DNA from: Azolla caroliniana
Lineage: Eukaryota > Plantae > Polypodiophyta
Direction: 5' to 3'
Assembly (NCBI GenBank): GCA_043228905.1
Contig: JBHGNT010000013.1
Span: 12,896,001 to 12,960,000, forward strand
DNA length: 64,000 nt
The translations under genes were made by a program, and so were the position numbers. The notes beneath the pieces are model-generated. The model had not been told where the DNA came from and did no database searches. It worked only from the letters and a program-made list of their open reading frames with translations. Positions 1-11,671 of this stretch are shown piece by piece. The number at the start of each line of letters is the position of its first letter. Within the stretch, counting starts at the first letter, position 1.

Positions 1-139
1 GTAACTTGAACTAAGAGTGGAGGTGGTCTAGCACTCATAAAGGTTTTGGCCAACCAAAACTGGTTCGTCGATGGAGCCGATGCTGCCGGCAAAGCGACGG
101 TGGCACACCAGCAACCGGTGATCCGACAGAGCTGGTGGA

Positions 140-330
140 ACCGACATCCGGCAGTGCACCGGCGAGGCGATGGCGCACCGGCATCCGGCGTGAGTGAGGC
201 GACGATCGAGGCGACGACATCCGGTGTCGGCGGCACACCGGCGGCATCCGGCACCGGCGAGGCGATGACATCCGGCGCCGGCGAGGCGGTAGCCACCGGT
301 AACCGGCGGCATCCGGCGAACCCGCGACTA
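140..330. repeat. GC-rich degenerate short repeats (core GGCATCCGGC / GAGGCGA)
   Basis: Repeated motifs are directly visible; the overlapping ORFs show repeated peptide units. Confidence 0.6.
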
Positions 331-384
331 GATAAATAAATATATAAATATATATATGTATAAATATATATACATATACCAGGA

Positions 385-450
385 GGGCAAGTAAGGATTC
401 AAACCTTGCACCTCCAAGTTAGGAGTCAATTGGCTTACCACTAAGACAAG
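385..450 (-). promoter_or_regulatory. tRNA-like Pol III A/B-box segment inside the LTR, antisense to the element
   Basis: Reverse complement reads GTCTTAGTGGTAAG...GGAGGTGCAAGG-TTTGAAT-CCTT (A box, B box, T-arm-like stem). Confidence 0.45.
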
Positions 451-938
451 ATATTTAGTTGAAATTATATTTCTATCATTGTACTTTTACATATAAATTC
501 TCATACATGAGAGCTAAAATGAGTGACATGGTTATCATGCACCACATCTAATACATGAGCGCCAAATGGTAAACATGCATTTTATGCATGTCTTGAACCC
601 TCAAATGCATGAGGGCATCTATAAAAGAGGGAATGAAAAAGATCAATGGGGGATTTTTTGGGGATAAAAGAAAGCTTTGTACTTTAAATCCAAATTAATA
701 TTAAGAAGAAAATTCGTTATCCTTTTGATGATATACCTTGTTCTTGAAATCTAAAGTCAAGAGTTCTTAATCTCTCTCTCAATCTAAAATCAAGCGTTCT
801 ATCTTATCTCAATCTCTCTCTCTTTCAATCTATCTTAATTCCTTTCCCGCTAAATCTTGTGCAAACTTGAGTCCTTCCGGTCCAGAACCCCGGCGGTTCC
901 GCCTCGCGATCCGCGCCTACTGACGGATCTTCACGACA

Positions 939-1909
939 ACGTAGCATACGACATGAATCTATGGCACCCCACAATCCGAAGCAGAACAGAATTTCCGAGC
1001 GGATAAATCAGACAATTCCAGAAAGGATAGTTTCCATGCTCCAACACTCCGGACTATCGAATGGCTTCTGGGCAAAGGCACTGCTTATGGTAGTTCACAT
1101 AATCAATATGTCGCCGAGCAGGCCTCTCGGTCTTCGGATACCTCTGGAATCATGGACTGGCAGTAAGCCGAATTATGATAAGCTAAGGATTTTCAGGTGC
1201 GAGGCGTATGCCCTCATCCCGAAAGATGATCGCTGCAAACTTGCACCAAGGTCCAGGAAAAGTATTTTCCTTGGTTATGGAGTAGATGGCGAAATTGGCT
1301 ACCGACTCTGGGACCTTGAGCACAGACAAATCGTCTGAAGTTCGGACGTAGTGTTCAATGAGTTAGCCATGCACCAATCGGCCGAAAACCCGATTGAAGT
1401 CCTCAGGGTAATTTTTTTGGATGTGCCAACCCTTCATGAAGGCCCAACACAAATCACAAGGTTGGCTTCACGAGTAGCCAAAAATTCTAGTACCGACTCG
1501 ACAACATCCCACTCGGGACAACCGAATGTTTCAGCTACGGACCATCCGGCTATGACACCTGATGCGACTAGTCCAATCATACCTCGAAGATCCGAGAGAC
1601 TGTCGCAGCCCCAAGAGAGATACGCTCCTAGTATCTTCTTTACGAACATCGGTTCTCTGATGTCATACGAAGAAGCATCGGCATCTGGCAATGGAGTCCG
1701 AAATGAACTCCATTAGAGCAAACCAAACTTGGGACTTGGTCGAACTACCGAAAAATCGACGTGGTTTTCCGTGTAAATGGATCTATAGAATTAAAGAGAA
1801 GTCTGATTCGGCCACCCCAAAATTCAAGGCCAGATTAATTGCGAAAGGGTTTCAATAGAAATATGTCATCGATTTCGAGAAATTTTTTTTACTAGTGGTG
1901 AAAATCACA
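939..1909 (+). pseudogene. pol: Ty1/copia (family C) pol fragment: integrase C-terminal part to RT N-terminus
   Basis: PHNPKQNRISERINQT, FWAKAL, KLAPRSRKSIFLGY, TWDLVELP, CKWIY motifs; stops present. Confidence 0.9.
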
Positions 1910-2009
1910 NNNNNNNNNNNNNNNNNNNNNNNNNNNNNNNNNNNNNNNNNNNNNNNNNNNNNNNNNNNNNNNNNNNNNNNNNNNNNNNNNNNNNNNNNNN
2001 NNNNNNNNN
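1910..2009. other. Assembly gap (100 N)
   Basis: Run of N. Confidence 1.
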
Positions 2010-3882
2010 ACTGGCGCTCCAGAAGGCTGTCTACGAGAAGGGTACCCCGGTATACATAACGGTGGATACGAGTCCGACCGGGATCTGATGGGTCGTCAAC
2101 CAAGAAGACGGGGACGGCATTCGGTTCCCGATCCGATTCGGCGCGAAGGTCCTGAGTGAGCGACAGCGAGGGTACGCCTAGGTTAAACACGAACTCTGGG
2201 GTATCGTTTCGGCAGTAAAGGCCGACAAAGACTACCTGATCGGGACGGAAGTGATTATCGAGACGGATTGCCTGCCAATTCTTCGCATGGTTTCCGGATG
2301 CGCGAGACCAGACCTGGCAATGCTCAGGTGGATAGCGTACATCAAGTCCCTGGACCCGGAAATACGACACATTTCTGGAAAGGACAACGCCATGGCCGAC
2401 ATGCTTACGAGGGCGAGGTTTGATGACGAGGGCGGCATGGTTTCGGAGGACGAAGAAGTCGGGATGGACTTCTTCGAGGAAGCGTACGTGACGACCCATG
2501 GGACGAGCACTCCGACGCTTAACGACTTCGACGCGAGCAAGTACAACGGCGAGTGGCTCTAGATCGGTGGTTTCTTGAGGACAATGACGCCGGATGCATC
2601 GTGGACGAGAGACGAGGCCAACCGGATCCGGAAGAAAGCATACCGATTCTTTCTACGGAACGGATACTTATGGAAGCACCCGAAGAAGAGGAACGACGTC
2701 CCGCTCCGGGTGGTGGCGATGAAGAAAGAACAGGAGGAGCTGCTGACGGCCTACCACGACAGGCCTTCGGCTGGACACCGTGGAACCTGGGCCATGTTCG
2801 AGAAGATAAAGGGGAAGTACTGGTGGTCGGGACTGTACCGGGACGTGCATCGGTTCGTGACAACTTTCGAGAGCTGTCAGATGCACTCCATAGTCCGGCA
2901 TCGGGACAAGCTTCACCCTACATACCCTCCGACCATCCAGTTCAAATGGATGGTAGATCATGTGACGATCTCGATGGGCGTAGGACAGATGCGGTATCTG
3001 GTCCTGGCTCGAGAAGATCTGACGAACCAGGTGGAAGGCCGAGCCCTTCAGAACAAAACGACCGCGGCCGTATGTCGGTTCCTGATCGAGGACGTGATAT
3101 GCCGGTACGGGTGCGTCGGGAAGATCGTGGCTGATCGCGGGGAGTTGGACGCCGAAGAGGCCGAGGAGCTGTTCGACCGGCTAGGAGTCAAGCTCTCGCT
3201 TACCACTGCGTACAATCCGGAGGCGAATGGGAAGGTGGAGTGCGGACACGGACCGATCGTCAAGGCGTTAGTTCGGGCATGCGGGGGGCAAGTCGGGAAC
3301 TGCCCGCGGCTGCTGCCTTACTCGTTGTGGGCTGACTGAACTATGCACAGTTCGGTAGCCGGATTCATGCCGGCAGAGCTCATGTTTGGGCAGAAGCCGA
3401 TCATGCCGATAGAACGTACGATCTCCTCGTGGGCAACCGTGGACTGGAGAGACGAGATGAGCCGGGAGGAACTGTTGGCGGCGCGTAAACTAAAGATCGA
3501 ACGAAGACCGGAGGACGTGGAGCGAAAGCTTCGGGTGGCAAGGACGAGGAACAAAGGCCGGTTCGACCGGACGCGCCGGCTCCGACCGAAGAAGATCGGG
3601 GAAGGCGACTGGGTTGTAGTCTATGACAGTACCCTCGACAACCAGCACCGAGCGACACGGAAGTTTGCAAGAAGGTGGTTCGGGCCTTACGTGGTACAAA
3701 GCGCCAACGACAACGGGATGTATCATCTGGCGGAACTCGACGGCACGAGAATGGCGATATCGGTAGCTGGGAAGCGGATCAAAGCGTTCAAGAAGCGTCA
3801 CGACGACGAGCCAGATCCGGTTAACCTGGACCGGAACGACGAACGATCCGAAACCGAGGAAGAACTGACGGGTGGGGAATGA
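2010..3882 (+). pseudogene. pol: Gypsy pol (RNase H-integrase) with stops
   Basis: ORF pieces 2251-2562, 2575-3339 and 3343-3882 are collinear with the pol of X and Y. Confidence 0.9.
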
Positions 3883-4604
3883 AGGCTGGACCGGTTTTCT
3901 CCGTCCCAACTCAACTTGGCGCATGCCGGTGGATGCGCGGTTAGGTGGGGGCGGATGTCGTGAAGAAAACCGTCCACGAGCGGAATCAGTGCGCCGGAGC
4001 ATAGGAACCGGCTCTTCATGCATGTGCCCCTTATGTTGTACACAAGAGAGAATTAGGGACATGGAAGATCCGAGGTAGGTAGATTCGGTAGGTAGGAAAT
4101 GTTAATAGGAAACGGCTCCCTTCTTGGCTATAAAAGGAGGGAGACGAGGAAGAGGAAGGGATCGCGGAATCAGAGAGGACGAAGTGCTGTCGGGTTGTCG
4201 GTCGAAGGCTCCTCTTTCTTCCATACTCTCCGTAGCTTCTTTCTGTGCAGGTTTCGTGAGGCTCGCGCTGCTCTGAGGAATGCCCGAGTGCTTCCGGCAG
4301 CACCTCCAACCTACTCCTTCCTTTCTGAGTGTTTGCGAACAGGCATCGGCATCTGTTCGCTGGCCTGTTCGGTTGTAACCGACTTCGTGCTTTTGTTGTT
4401 TGTCTCTGTTAATATATACTTACATACCGTTGTGCCTCTCTGTGTTGGTTTCCCCGCTCGCATCTTCGTGTCGAAGGGCCGTGTCCCTGTAGATCTACGC
4501 TCGCACGTAGTGGGTCCCTTCCCTTCTCCTTTCCCTATTGCTCTTCGGTACAAGACCCCCGAGGTCCCGCCTCATTCCACGCATCTGCGAGGAGTACCTC
4601 GACA
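2010..4604 (+). mobile_element. Ty3/gypsy element Z (Trp-primed family): RNase H, integrase, PPT and 3' LTR (3956-4604)
   Basis: RNase H (TVDTSPTGI, ETDCLP), integrase (GHRG...C, YNPEANGKVE, GPY), PPT GGTGGGGGCGGA, LTR TGTCG...CGACA similar to the LTRs of element Y. Confidence 0.92.
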
Positions 4605-5166
4605 ACGGTTTTCTCCACGACATCTGGCCCCACCTAACCGCGCATACACCGCCATGCATCAAAATAGACCCTTGCCGGAGAAGACCGGCCCGCGCTTACC
4701 CTTCGTCCTCCGGATCCGCCATGTCTCGTCTTTCCGCCCTTCTTGTCCGGCACCGTCTCTACCGAACACTATCCCGTTCCCATTCCTGTCGATGGCCACA
4801 CGCACGTCTTTTGTTCCGCTTTCGGGTGTGCCCGTTTCCGGCTCAGCACACTGCTCCTTAACCGGGTGTCCCCGGCAGCTCATTGGAAGATCACCCTTGC
4901 CGCGTCCTGGCCCGCATAGCCTCCTTTCACGCATCGCCCTGTTTGGTCGGTGCCTCTACTGTTGCCGCCTTTGTCCCCTTGCTGCCACCTTCCATTACCC
5001 TCGGTCTCACATTGCCCCATCAGCCGAACAACCAGGGTTTCTGGACAGGTGTGAAGGATCCTTCTTGGGCCTCTGTCTTGTCTGGTCACTGACTCGTGTG
5101 CCAAGCGCGTCCGATCTTTGTCTTGCCGACCCTGCCGGTCGGGCCCGTATCCGGACCTCGAGAACA
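4605..5166 (-). mobile_element. Remnant of a related gypsy in opposite orientation (first 18 nt of its 3' LTR, PPT and 3' region), interrupted by Z
   Basis: Reverse complement reads GCGCGGTTAGGTGGGGCCAGA|TGTCGTGGAGAAAACCGT. The boundary at 5166 is approximate. Confidence 0.6.
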
Positions 5167-6794
5167 AATGCATTAAACACTTGAGCCAACCAAGTAGGTT
5201 GCTCTTCTTGAATGTTTAATGCTTCATGCGTATAAGAGATATGCGAGGCATTTGCCCATATATGTTTTTTTAAAAGAAACATATATGTCAAGAGTCCTTA
5301 TTTCCCCCTCGTTTACTACAAAATATGTTGGTACGTTACCTAACCTCAAGTCTCGTAATTACGATGGCATACGTCAAAGTGCAACCTAATGGTCAAGCCA
5401 AATGATCCCTCTTCTCGTAGTAGGCCCACATGGCCCATCACATGGTTACGTCATTACGAATGCCTTTCGTAAGAATGACCTCATGGTGGCATCGTATCCA
5501 TGTAACGAGGGAGGGATGTTGGATATGTGTGTCATAGGAGCGACCTCACATGAAGTGGGTCAAGCCCTACGTTCTCAACATCATTGTGGCTATAGGCATT
5601 TCTTTATGTAATAAAATCAAAGTCACCAACGGGAATGTCAACAATGAAAAATTGTTCAAAAAGGGATGGTGACAACACCATTCTCACAAAAATGTGAGGA
5701 CGGCCACCAAGATCCTTTCCCCGAAAAGGAAAACATTCGATATAAAGATCACGTAATATCAAATATACATATATGTTTATTTATCACATATATACGATCA
5801 AATACGTATACACGTGACCACATATGCGTATATTAAAATAAAGTCATAACATCAAATAGCCAACATATGATGAAATCGAGACACGTAATCGAGGCATGTA
5901 GCCTCTATGCACACGAAACATCCAAAATTAAGGGTTAATCGTAATACGCAATTGAGGTATTGACCTCATATGCATACGACACCAAATGCATATCATTTAC
6001 AACAAAATCAAGGTATTGACCTTATACGCATACGACACTAATCACATATGCAATATATGTCCAATGAGGTATTGACCTCATACACATATGTAAACATTTT
6101 ATACAACCAATTAATTACCACTTCAACATCATTGAATATATATATAAAAAAAATTACATATTAACCATACACATGATTAAATTGGGAGAAGAAAGAATAG
6201 AAAAAACAAGAAAGATTACTGAAGTTCCTTTGTGGATTGCTGTTTGGAACAAGGTCGATCGCACGTTGATCGATCGCCATCCATCAAGAAGACAAAACCA
6301 ACAAAAGAAACATTAGGAGATAGGCTCTGATAACAATTGTTAGAGACATGAACTAATGTAAGCATTAGATAAGGATAGAATATAGATAAATAGATAGAAA
6401 GGAGAGAGAGAAAGAAGGGTGTAGATCCACCCGACCATGCCCGAGCAAAGGGATCGAGACGAACTCGAGCCTTGATCAGCGTCCCATACCACCGCCGTGG
6501 CGTCAAGTCGTACCTAGTGCTGGCGCGCTCACTACAAGAGTTGACCCACCACAAGACAGAGTCTCGACGTAGTCAACCAGATGATGAAATGAGGGTAGCT
6601 AGGCCTCTTATTTATAGTGATACCCAAGGCCCCCAAGCAAGTTCACACTTGGCCTAATGGGTTGTCTCAATCCTGAGGATTAAAAGTAATCCTCCCCTTC
6701 TTTACACTCTCGTTTAACCCTCACACTTATCCACGTGTAAAGAATACTACGGTAAATTCTCACCACAGGATATTATATGGTCATGCCCGTAACA
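5167..6794 (-). mobile_element. 5' part of a Met-primed LTR element: LTR 6338-6794, PBS about 6323-6335, long AT-rich noncoding leader
   Basis: TGTTA...TAACA LTR ends; PBS TGTTATCAGAGCC (one mismatch to the tRNA-iMet PBS). Inserted into gypsy RT at 6795. The boundary at 5167 is approximate. Confidence 0.6.
5950..6090. repeat. Three copies of an about 55-60 bp unit (GGTATTGACCTCATATGCATACGACAC)
   Basis: Direct repeats near 5956, 6012 and 6067. Confidence 0.7.
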
Positions 6795-7708
6795 GTCGAT
6801 CTATTCGGTCAGGGATCTGTACTTACGGTACGATCAGTTCCAACTAGTCGTGGACAGTAGGGACATTACGATGATGCGAACTCCTCTCGGCTTAATGCGG
6901 ATGTGTACCCTGCTGCAAGGAGGGACCAACTTGGTGGCACACATCGTGAATGGAATGAATAAGGTGCTGAGGGATTGCATCCCGGACATCACCATGCCAT
7001 TCTTGGACGACATCCCGATAAAAGGGTGCCCGGTGGAAGAGAAGGATGAGTCAGTTGGGTTGGACGACTACCGAAGATTTGTAGTGGACCACATCGGCGA
7101 CTGCGAGAAGGTGCTTCAAAGACTTGAGGATGCGTGGCTCACCTTCTCTGGAGAGAAATCGGCATTCAGGCAGTCGGAGATCCTAGTGGTCAGGCACTTG
7201 CGCGGGCCTTACGGCCGGAAGCCGTCCCTGGCAAAGGTAGAACCCATCTCCGCAATGAAGGAAGAATGCAACTCGGTTACGGAGGTGCAGAGGTTCCCAT
7301 GTGCATTCTACCATATCTGGATTCCGCATTACGCACACGTCGCCGAGCCGCTCTACGGGTTGCTAAAGAAGGGGCGTAAATTCGAGTGGGCGAGGAGCAT
7401 GCGGAGTTAGTTCGTAGACTGAAGGAGGCGCTAACCGTGGCACCGGTACTCCGGAAAGTGGTTTACGGCAAGCACATCCGAATCTATCTTACGGTAGACA
7501 CGAGCCCGATCGGGATAGGATGGGTGGTCAACCAAGACGACAAAACTGGCACGAGGTTCCCCATCCGGTTCGGAGCGAAGGTGCTGAGTGAGCAACATCG
7601 AGGATACGCCCAAGTTAAACGCAAACTCTAGGGTATTGTTTCGGCAATCAAGGCCGATAAAGACTACTTGATCGGGACGAAGGTGAGAATCGAGACGGAC
7701 TAACTACC
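6795..7708 (+). pseudogene. pol: Gypsy element W (Trp family) RT-RNase H fragment; host of copia A
   Basis: ITMPFLDDIPIKG RT catalytic motif, TVDTSPIGIGW; continues as integrase at 30769. Confidence 0.9.
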
Positions 7709-8124
7709 TGTAAACGATTACTTGTGGAAGCGTTAGAAAACAGAGAAAGTAGAGAATACACAGAGTACACGGGAGAGACTTAGAGAGAGCAGAACGTAAA
7801 AGCTATATTCAAAACAATATATACACTCTGTTATTACAATTGTGCTCAGTAGCACTATTTATACAAGTCCTCGTGGGACTGACAGAAGTACCGCGTACTT
7901 CAATGCTCACACGTGCATCTGACACTTACTACGAGACTATAACTACCTAGTAGTCTAAACTAATACTAGGCTTCCGGTTACCGATTGGATCCAGCTAACC
8001 GGCTCCCCAACTCACCGGCTCAGTTGCTTGCCGGCTCGGTTGCTCACCGGCTTACCGATCCGTCTCGCTCACCGGCTCAGGCTTATCCAGCCGATCTGGC
8101 TCCAGTTGAGCTTGCCGCTCAACA
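7709..8124 (-). repeat. Copia A 3' LTR (416 bp)
   Basis: TG...CA ends, adjacent PPT TTGAGGGGGAG, matches 30507-30768. Confidence 0.9.
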
Positions 8125-8891
8125 CTCCCCCTCAAGCTCAACTTGAGGTTGTATCCTAGTGTCAGCCTCTGTAGCAGTCGATTCTTCCAACCGACTTCTC
8201 CTGGCGTCGCTCTGCCTTGCTCGCGCACCTCGTCCGGTCCGGTTCTGTTTGCTGCGACCCCTCTTGTTCTGCGCAGCTCGACCTCCTCGGTCAGCTTGTC
8301 TGCTCAACAGGCCCAATTCAGCTCCCTTGCTATTGTGACTTCGGCGCGTTCCGGTTCGTCGATTCCTTTGTGTTGGCGTCGACTTTCGTTGCCTTCTTGT
8401 TCTCTTGGCCTTGAATTGATCTGGTTCTTCCGAATCGATCTGTTGAACCGAATCGACTGTCTCTGATTCGTTCCAGCTCTTGTCTGAATCGACTACTCCT
8501 GATTCGTCTTCTGGTTCCAAGCCCTTCACCACATCGGACCATGTTCGGGTCTTGGCCTTCTTCCTTCGATTGGCTCTATCCTTCTTGACTCTGCCGCCGC
8601 TGCCGCTTGTTCCGACTTGTTCGGACGTGTCGACTTCTCTTGTCGACTCAGCTCCTTTCTTCTTCTTGACTCTCCCTTCGTCGGTTCTTCCCTCACCGGC
8701 GCAATCAACAGTCTCTTTGCCTTTGCCCGTTCCGGTGTCTTTGCCCGTTCTCCCCCTCAAGTGTGGCACGTCGAGATGCTGAACACCAAGCATTTCGGTG
8801 AAGTGCTACAACTTGTCCGATCCGAGTGGTTTGGTGAAGATGTCGGCAACTTGCCGATTCGTGTGAACATACCAAAGTTCGACCTCACCGC
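8119..8891 (-). pseudogene. pol: Copia A RNase H end plus an about 210-aa charged C-terminal extension
   Basis: VADIFTKP then, after one TAG, an open in-frame ORF (8119-8793) running to the PPT. Confidence 0.65.
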
Positions 8892-9448
8892 TGTCGTGCC
8901 TTTCGGCTCCGGATCGTTTGCGTGAGTCGGGTGGGAACCACTGGGGTTTTGGACTAGGAGGAAAGAAAAATACAAATAAGGCTAGTAAAGAATAGGTATA
9001 AAGAGTTATAAGATAAGAATCTCGTGAATCCCACGAGTTTAGTATATTTAGTCAATATTTAGGTAGTAAGAGAGAATTATTTTAGCAAATTCGTGAATCC
9101 CACGAATATTTTAGATTGATTGATCATTATAGAAAAATAATCAACAAAAACTACAATGTGCTCCCCATCCTTATATAGTGATGGGAGAGACTAAGCATAG
9201 CTACATGCTTTTTTCTAATATGTTCATGCACACTAAATGTGCATGTGATGCTTTTCTAATCCTTGCTTTTATTTGCTAAATATAGTGCTCATGCACGCTA
9301 GATGTGCATGAGTCACTTTTTAGTTGCTTGCGTTTTTCTATAAAATATTCACGCACTCTAAATATACATGATTTACCTTTTAATAAAGGTAGGCGCAAAT
9401 AAAGCACTTATAGTTATTAAATCTATTTATAGAACACTAAAGATAAGG

Positions 9449-9512
9449 TAGCATAATGGTAAAGTTGAGGTTTGGCTACGTGGAGGTACAAGGTTCGAAT
9501 CTTGCCCTATGC
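9449..9512 (+). promoter_or_regulatory. tRNA-like Pol III A/B-box segment in the LTR (second copy at 12268-12331)
   Basis: TAGCATAATGG (A box) and GGTTCGAATCT (B box) at tRNA-like spacing. Confidence 0.55.
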
Positions 9513-10234
9513 ACATGATAAATATCTTGATATTCTTATTTTATTTATTTATATGTAATTAAATCGGTTATATTATTTTTACTTTTTCACGTAGTGTACG
9601 AAATACACTACGACACTCGCCCCCTCCGAACCCGCACATCCTCCGGTATGTGCCGAAGTTGCCGATGCTCGTTGTCTCCCCTTCATCCTCCGTTTGTCCC
9701 GCTATGTCAACTTTGTCTCTCCATTTTGAGTAGACCCATTCTTTCCACCCGAACCATTGTCGCCATCCGATCCACCATATTCTTTGTTCTCTCTCATCAT
9801 ATTCTTGGCCCTTGTCATTCGTGGTAGGGTCTTTTACTGGCCTCTTTCTTGTCTTCATCAACCTTGACTTTTTTCCGGATCGCTCTCGTCCGATCGACTT
9901 TCGGTTTGATCGGCTTCCGATCGGATTCGTATTCGGCCGAATCGGAATCGGTTGTTCGGTTTCGATTGAGTTGGTCTCCTTCCGGCCCAGTTTCGATCTA
10001 TCGGTTTCGGTTTCGGTTGGCTTTCTTTTCCTCGTTTTCACCAGCCTCGACCGGTCCAACCTTCGGTTGAGTCGGATTAGCTTCTTTCCGGATCGGTCTC
10101 GTCCGATCGGCTTTCGGCTAGGTCGGCTTCCATCCATATTCGCGTTCGGCCAAGTCAGACTCAGTCGATCGGTTTTGACCAAGTCGACCCCTTTTCGGGT
10201 CGGCTTTCTTTCGGGTCGTCTTTTGGCCGAATCC

Positions 10235-11671
10235 TCATTCGCCCGATTCAGCTTTCGTTTGTGTCGTCTTTCGGTTCGGCTTTCTTTCGGGTCGACTTTC
10301 GGTCGAATCCTCTTTTACCCGGTTTGGCTTTCTTTCGGTTCTTCTTTCAGCCGAATTCTCTTTTACCCGGTTCGACTTTCTTTCGGATCGGAATCTCGTC
10401 CGGATCACCTTCCATCCGAACCGGCTTCCGACTTTACCTTTCTTGCCGCCACCTCCCGTCTCTCCGGTCTCACGTTGCTTCTCAGACACAACCGCTGAAG
10501 TCTCTAGGATTAGTGGGTAGGAATCCTCGGTATTATCATCCTCTATCATTTCAACCATAGCCTCCTTCTCGGCTATCTCTCTGTCGTATGCATCGACTTC
10601 GACATTCGTTTTCTCTCCGCCACCTTCCGTCTCTTCGGTCTCACGTTGCCTTTCGATCGCAACCGCCGGAGTCTCTGGAATCAGTGGTGGGGAAGTCTCG
10701 ATATGGCAATCCGCCATTGATTCGTCCATAGCCACCTCCGATTCGATTTCGTCTTTTGTGGCTACCTCCTTAATCACATCCGCTTCACACTCTTTATCTG
10801 CATCAATTATGCAAACATCTATTATGCTTACCCCTTTTTGACCCGATGTCTCGGGCACTTGTATCCCGAAATTTCCTTCTACACTTGAATTATCGGCCTT
10901 ATCCTTCGCCATCGTTCTTTCACAAGACAAGAGGGTAGCTTGTTTTACACCCTCTTCCGTCGCACCATCATGTTGTATTTCGGCCTTCATATCGGCTTCA
11001 TCGTTTTTCCTCAATCGACCATCCTTCATGGGCCATGTCGTTGTTGACGAGATTCTCAGCTTCCTTTCATCATGTCTTCGGCATACCCTTTCGACTTTGG
11101 CCCAATCCTCGGTAAGACCGTTCGCACCGTCATCATCTTCGAGTTCGATCCCAATGTCCATCCTTTCTTTCCGATCGATCGATCTTACGAACATTAAGAC
11201 TTTATCTTCTCCCACCAATCTTCGTTCCCGCTCCGAGAGTCGAGCAAAACGATGCTCGAACTCTAGGAACGCTTGCGTTGCACTTCGGTGAGTCTTCTCC
11301 GACGCCACCCATTCGTCGAATTCTCGTCGATCTCGTCCCGTCCATCTCTCATAGTCATATGCCTCCCGTAAAGCTTCTTCAAAGGACTCCCATGTCGAGT
11401 TTTGTTGTTGTATCTTGTGGATTCTCTCTTGTAGTTCGTCCGAGGCCACCCGACTAAAGGATATCACTTGCAATCCTTCCGGTATCCGATATTGCATCAT
11501 CTCCGCCTTATATTCACGTAGGTAGCGTGACACACCCTTACCGTTGAATTCCCCGTTTCGTCGCAGAAGCCGCTCTATTGCCGCCTTCATCTCCGACATC
11601 GCACGTTGTTCTTGTTGCATCCGCTCAAACATTATCATCATCATGTTCATCGCCTCTTGTTGATTCTCCAT
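10235..11671 (-). CDS. gag: Gag-like protein (about 478 aa, uninterrupted) with acidic/low-complexity C-terminus
   Basis: N-terminal region (EFNGKGVSRYLREYKAEM...VLMFVRSID...GLTEDW) aligns with gag of X/Y (RFSGKDATKYLASYGAEM...VLLFVKSVD...GLTTDW). ATG lies just downstream of the PBS. Confidence 0.8.
   Translation of the reverse strand: MENQQEAMNMMMIMFERMQQEQRAMSEMKAAIERLLRRNGEFNGKGVSRYLREYKAEMMQYRIPEGLQVISFSRVASDELQERIHKIQQQNSTWESFEEALREAYDYERWTGRDRREFDEWVASEKTHRSATQAFLEFEHRFARLSERERRLVGEDKVLMFVRSIDRKERMDIGIELEDDDGANGLTEDWAKVERVCRRHDERKLRISSTTTWPMKDGRLRKNDEADMKAEIQHDGATEEGVKQATLLSCERTMAKDKADNSSVEGNFGIQVPETSGQKGVSIIDVCIIDADKECEADVIKEVATKDEIESEVAMDESMADCHIETSPPLIPETPAVAIERQRETEETEGGGEKTNVEVDAYDREIAEKEAMVEMIEDDNTEDSYPLILETSAVVSEKQRETGETGGGGKKGKVGSRFGWKVIRTRFRSERKSNRVKENSAERRTERKPNRVKEDSTESRPERKPNRKTTQTKAESGE

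Larger units (their letters stand above)
1..938 (+). mobile_element. Right-hand part of an LTR (plus possibly 3' internal sequence) related to the Trp-primed gypsy and gag-only element LTRs
   Basis: Ends ...TCCAGAACCCCGGCGGTTCC...CACGACA, homologous to the LTR end at 8892-8960 (reverse complement). Has a TATAAAA box and CT-rich tract, and abuts copia integrase sequence. Confidence 0.6.

Noticed and set aside
1852-2499. ORF crossing the N run
   Set aside because: Artefact of the assembly gap joining copia and gypsy sequence.
4099-5184. 361-aa ORF
   Set aside because: Spans an LTR and the junction into an oppositely oriented element; GC-rich with no domain motifs.
9568-10498. ORFs 9568-10182 (-) and 9812-10498 (+) in the gag-only element
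   Set aside because: They lie over degenerate TTTCGG-rich repeats between gag and the PPT and have no recognisable domain.
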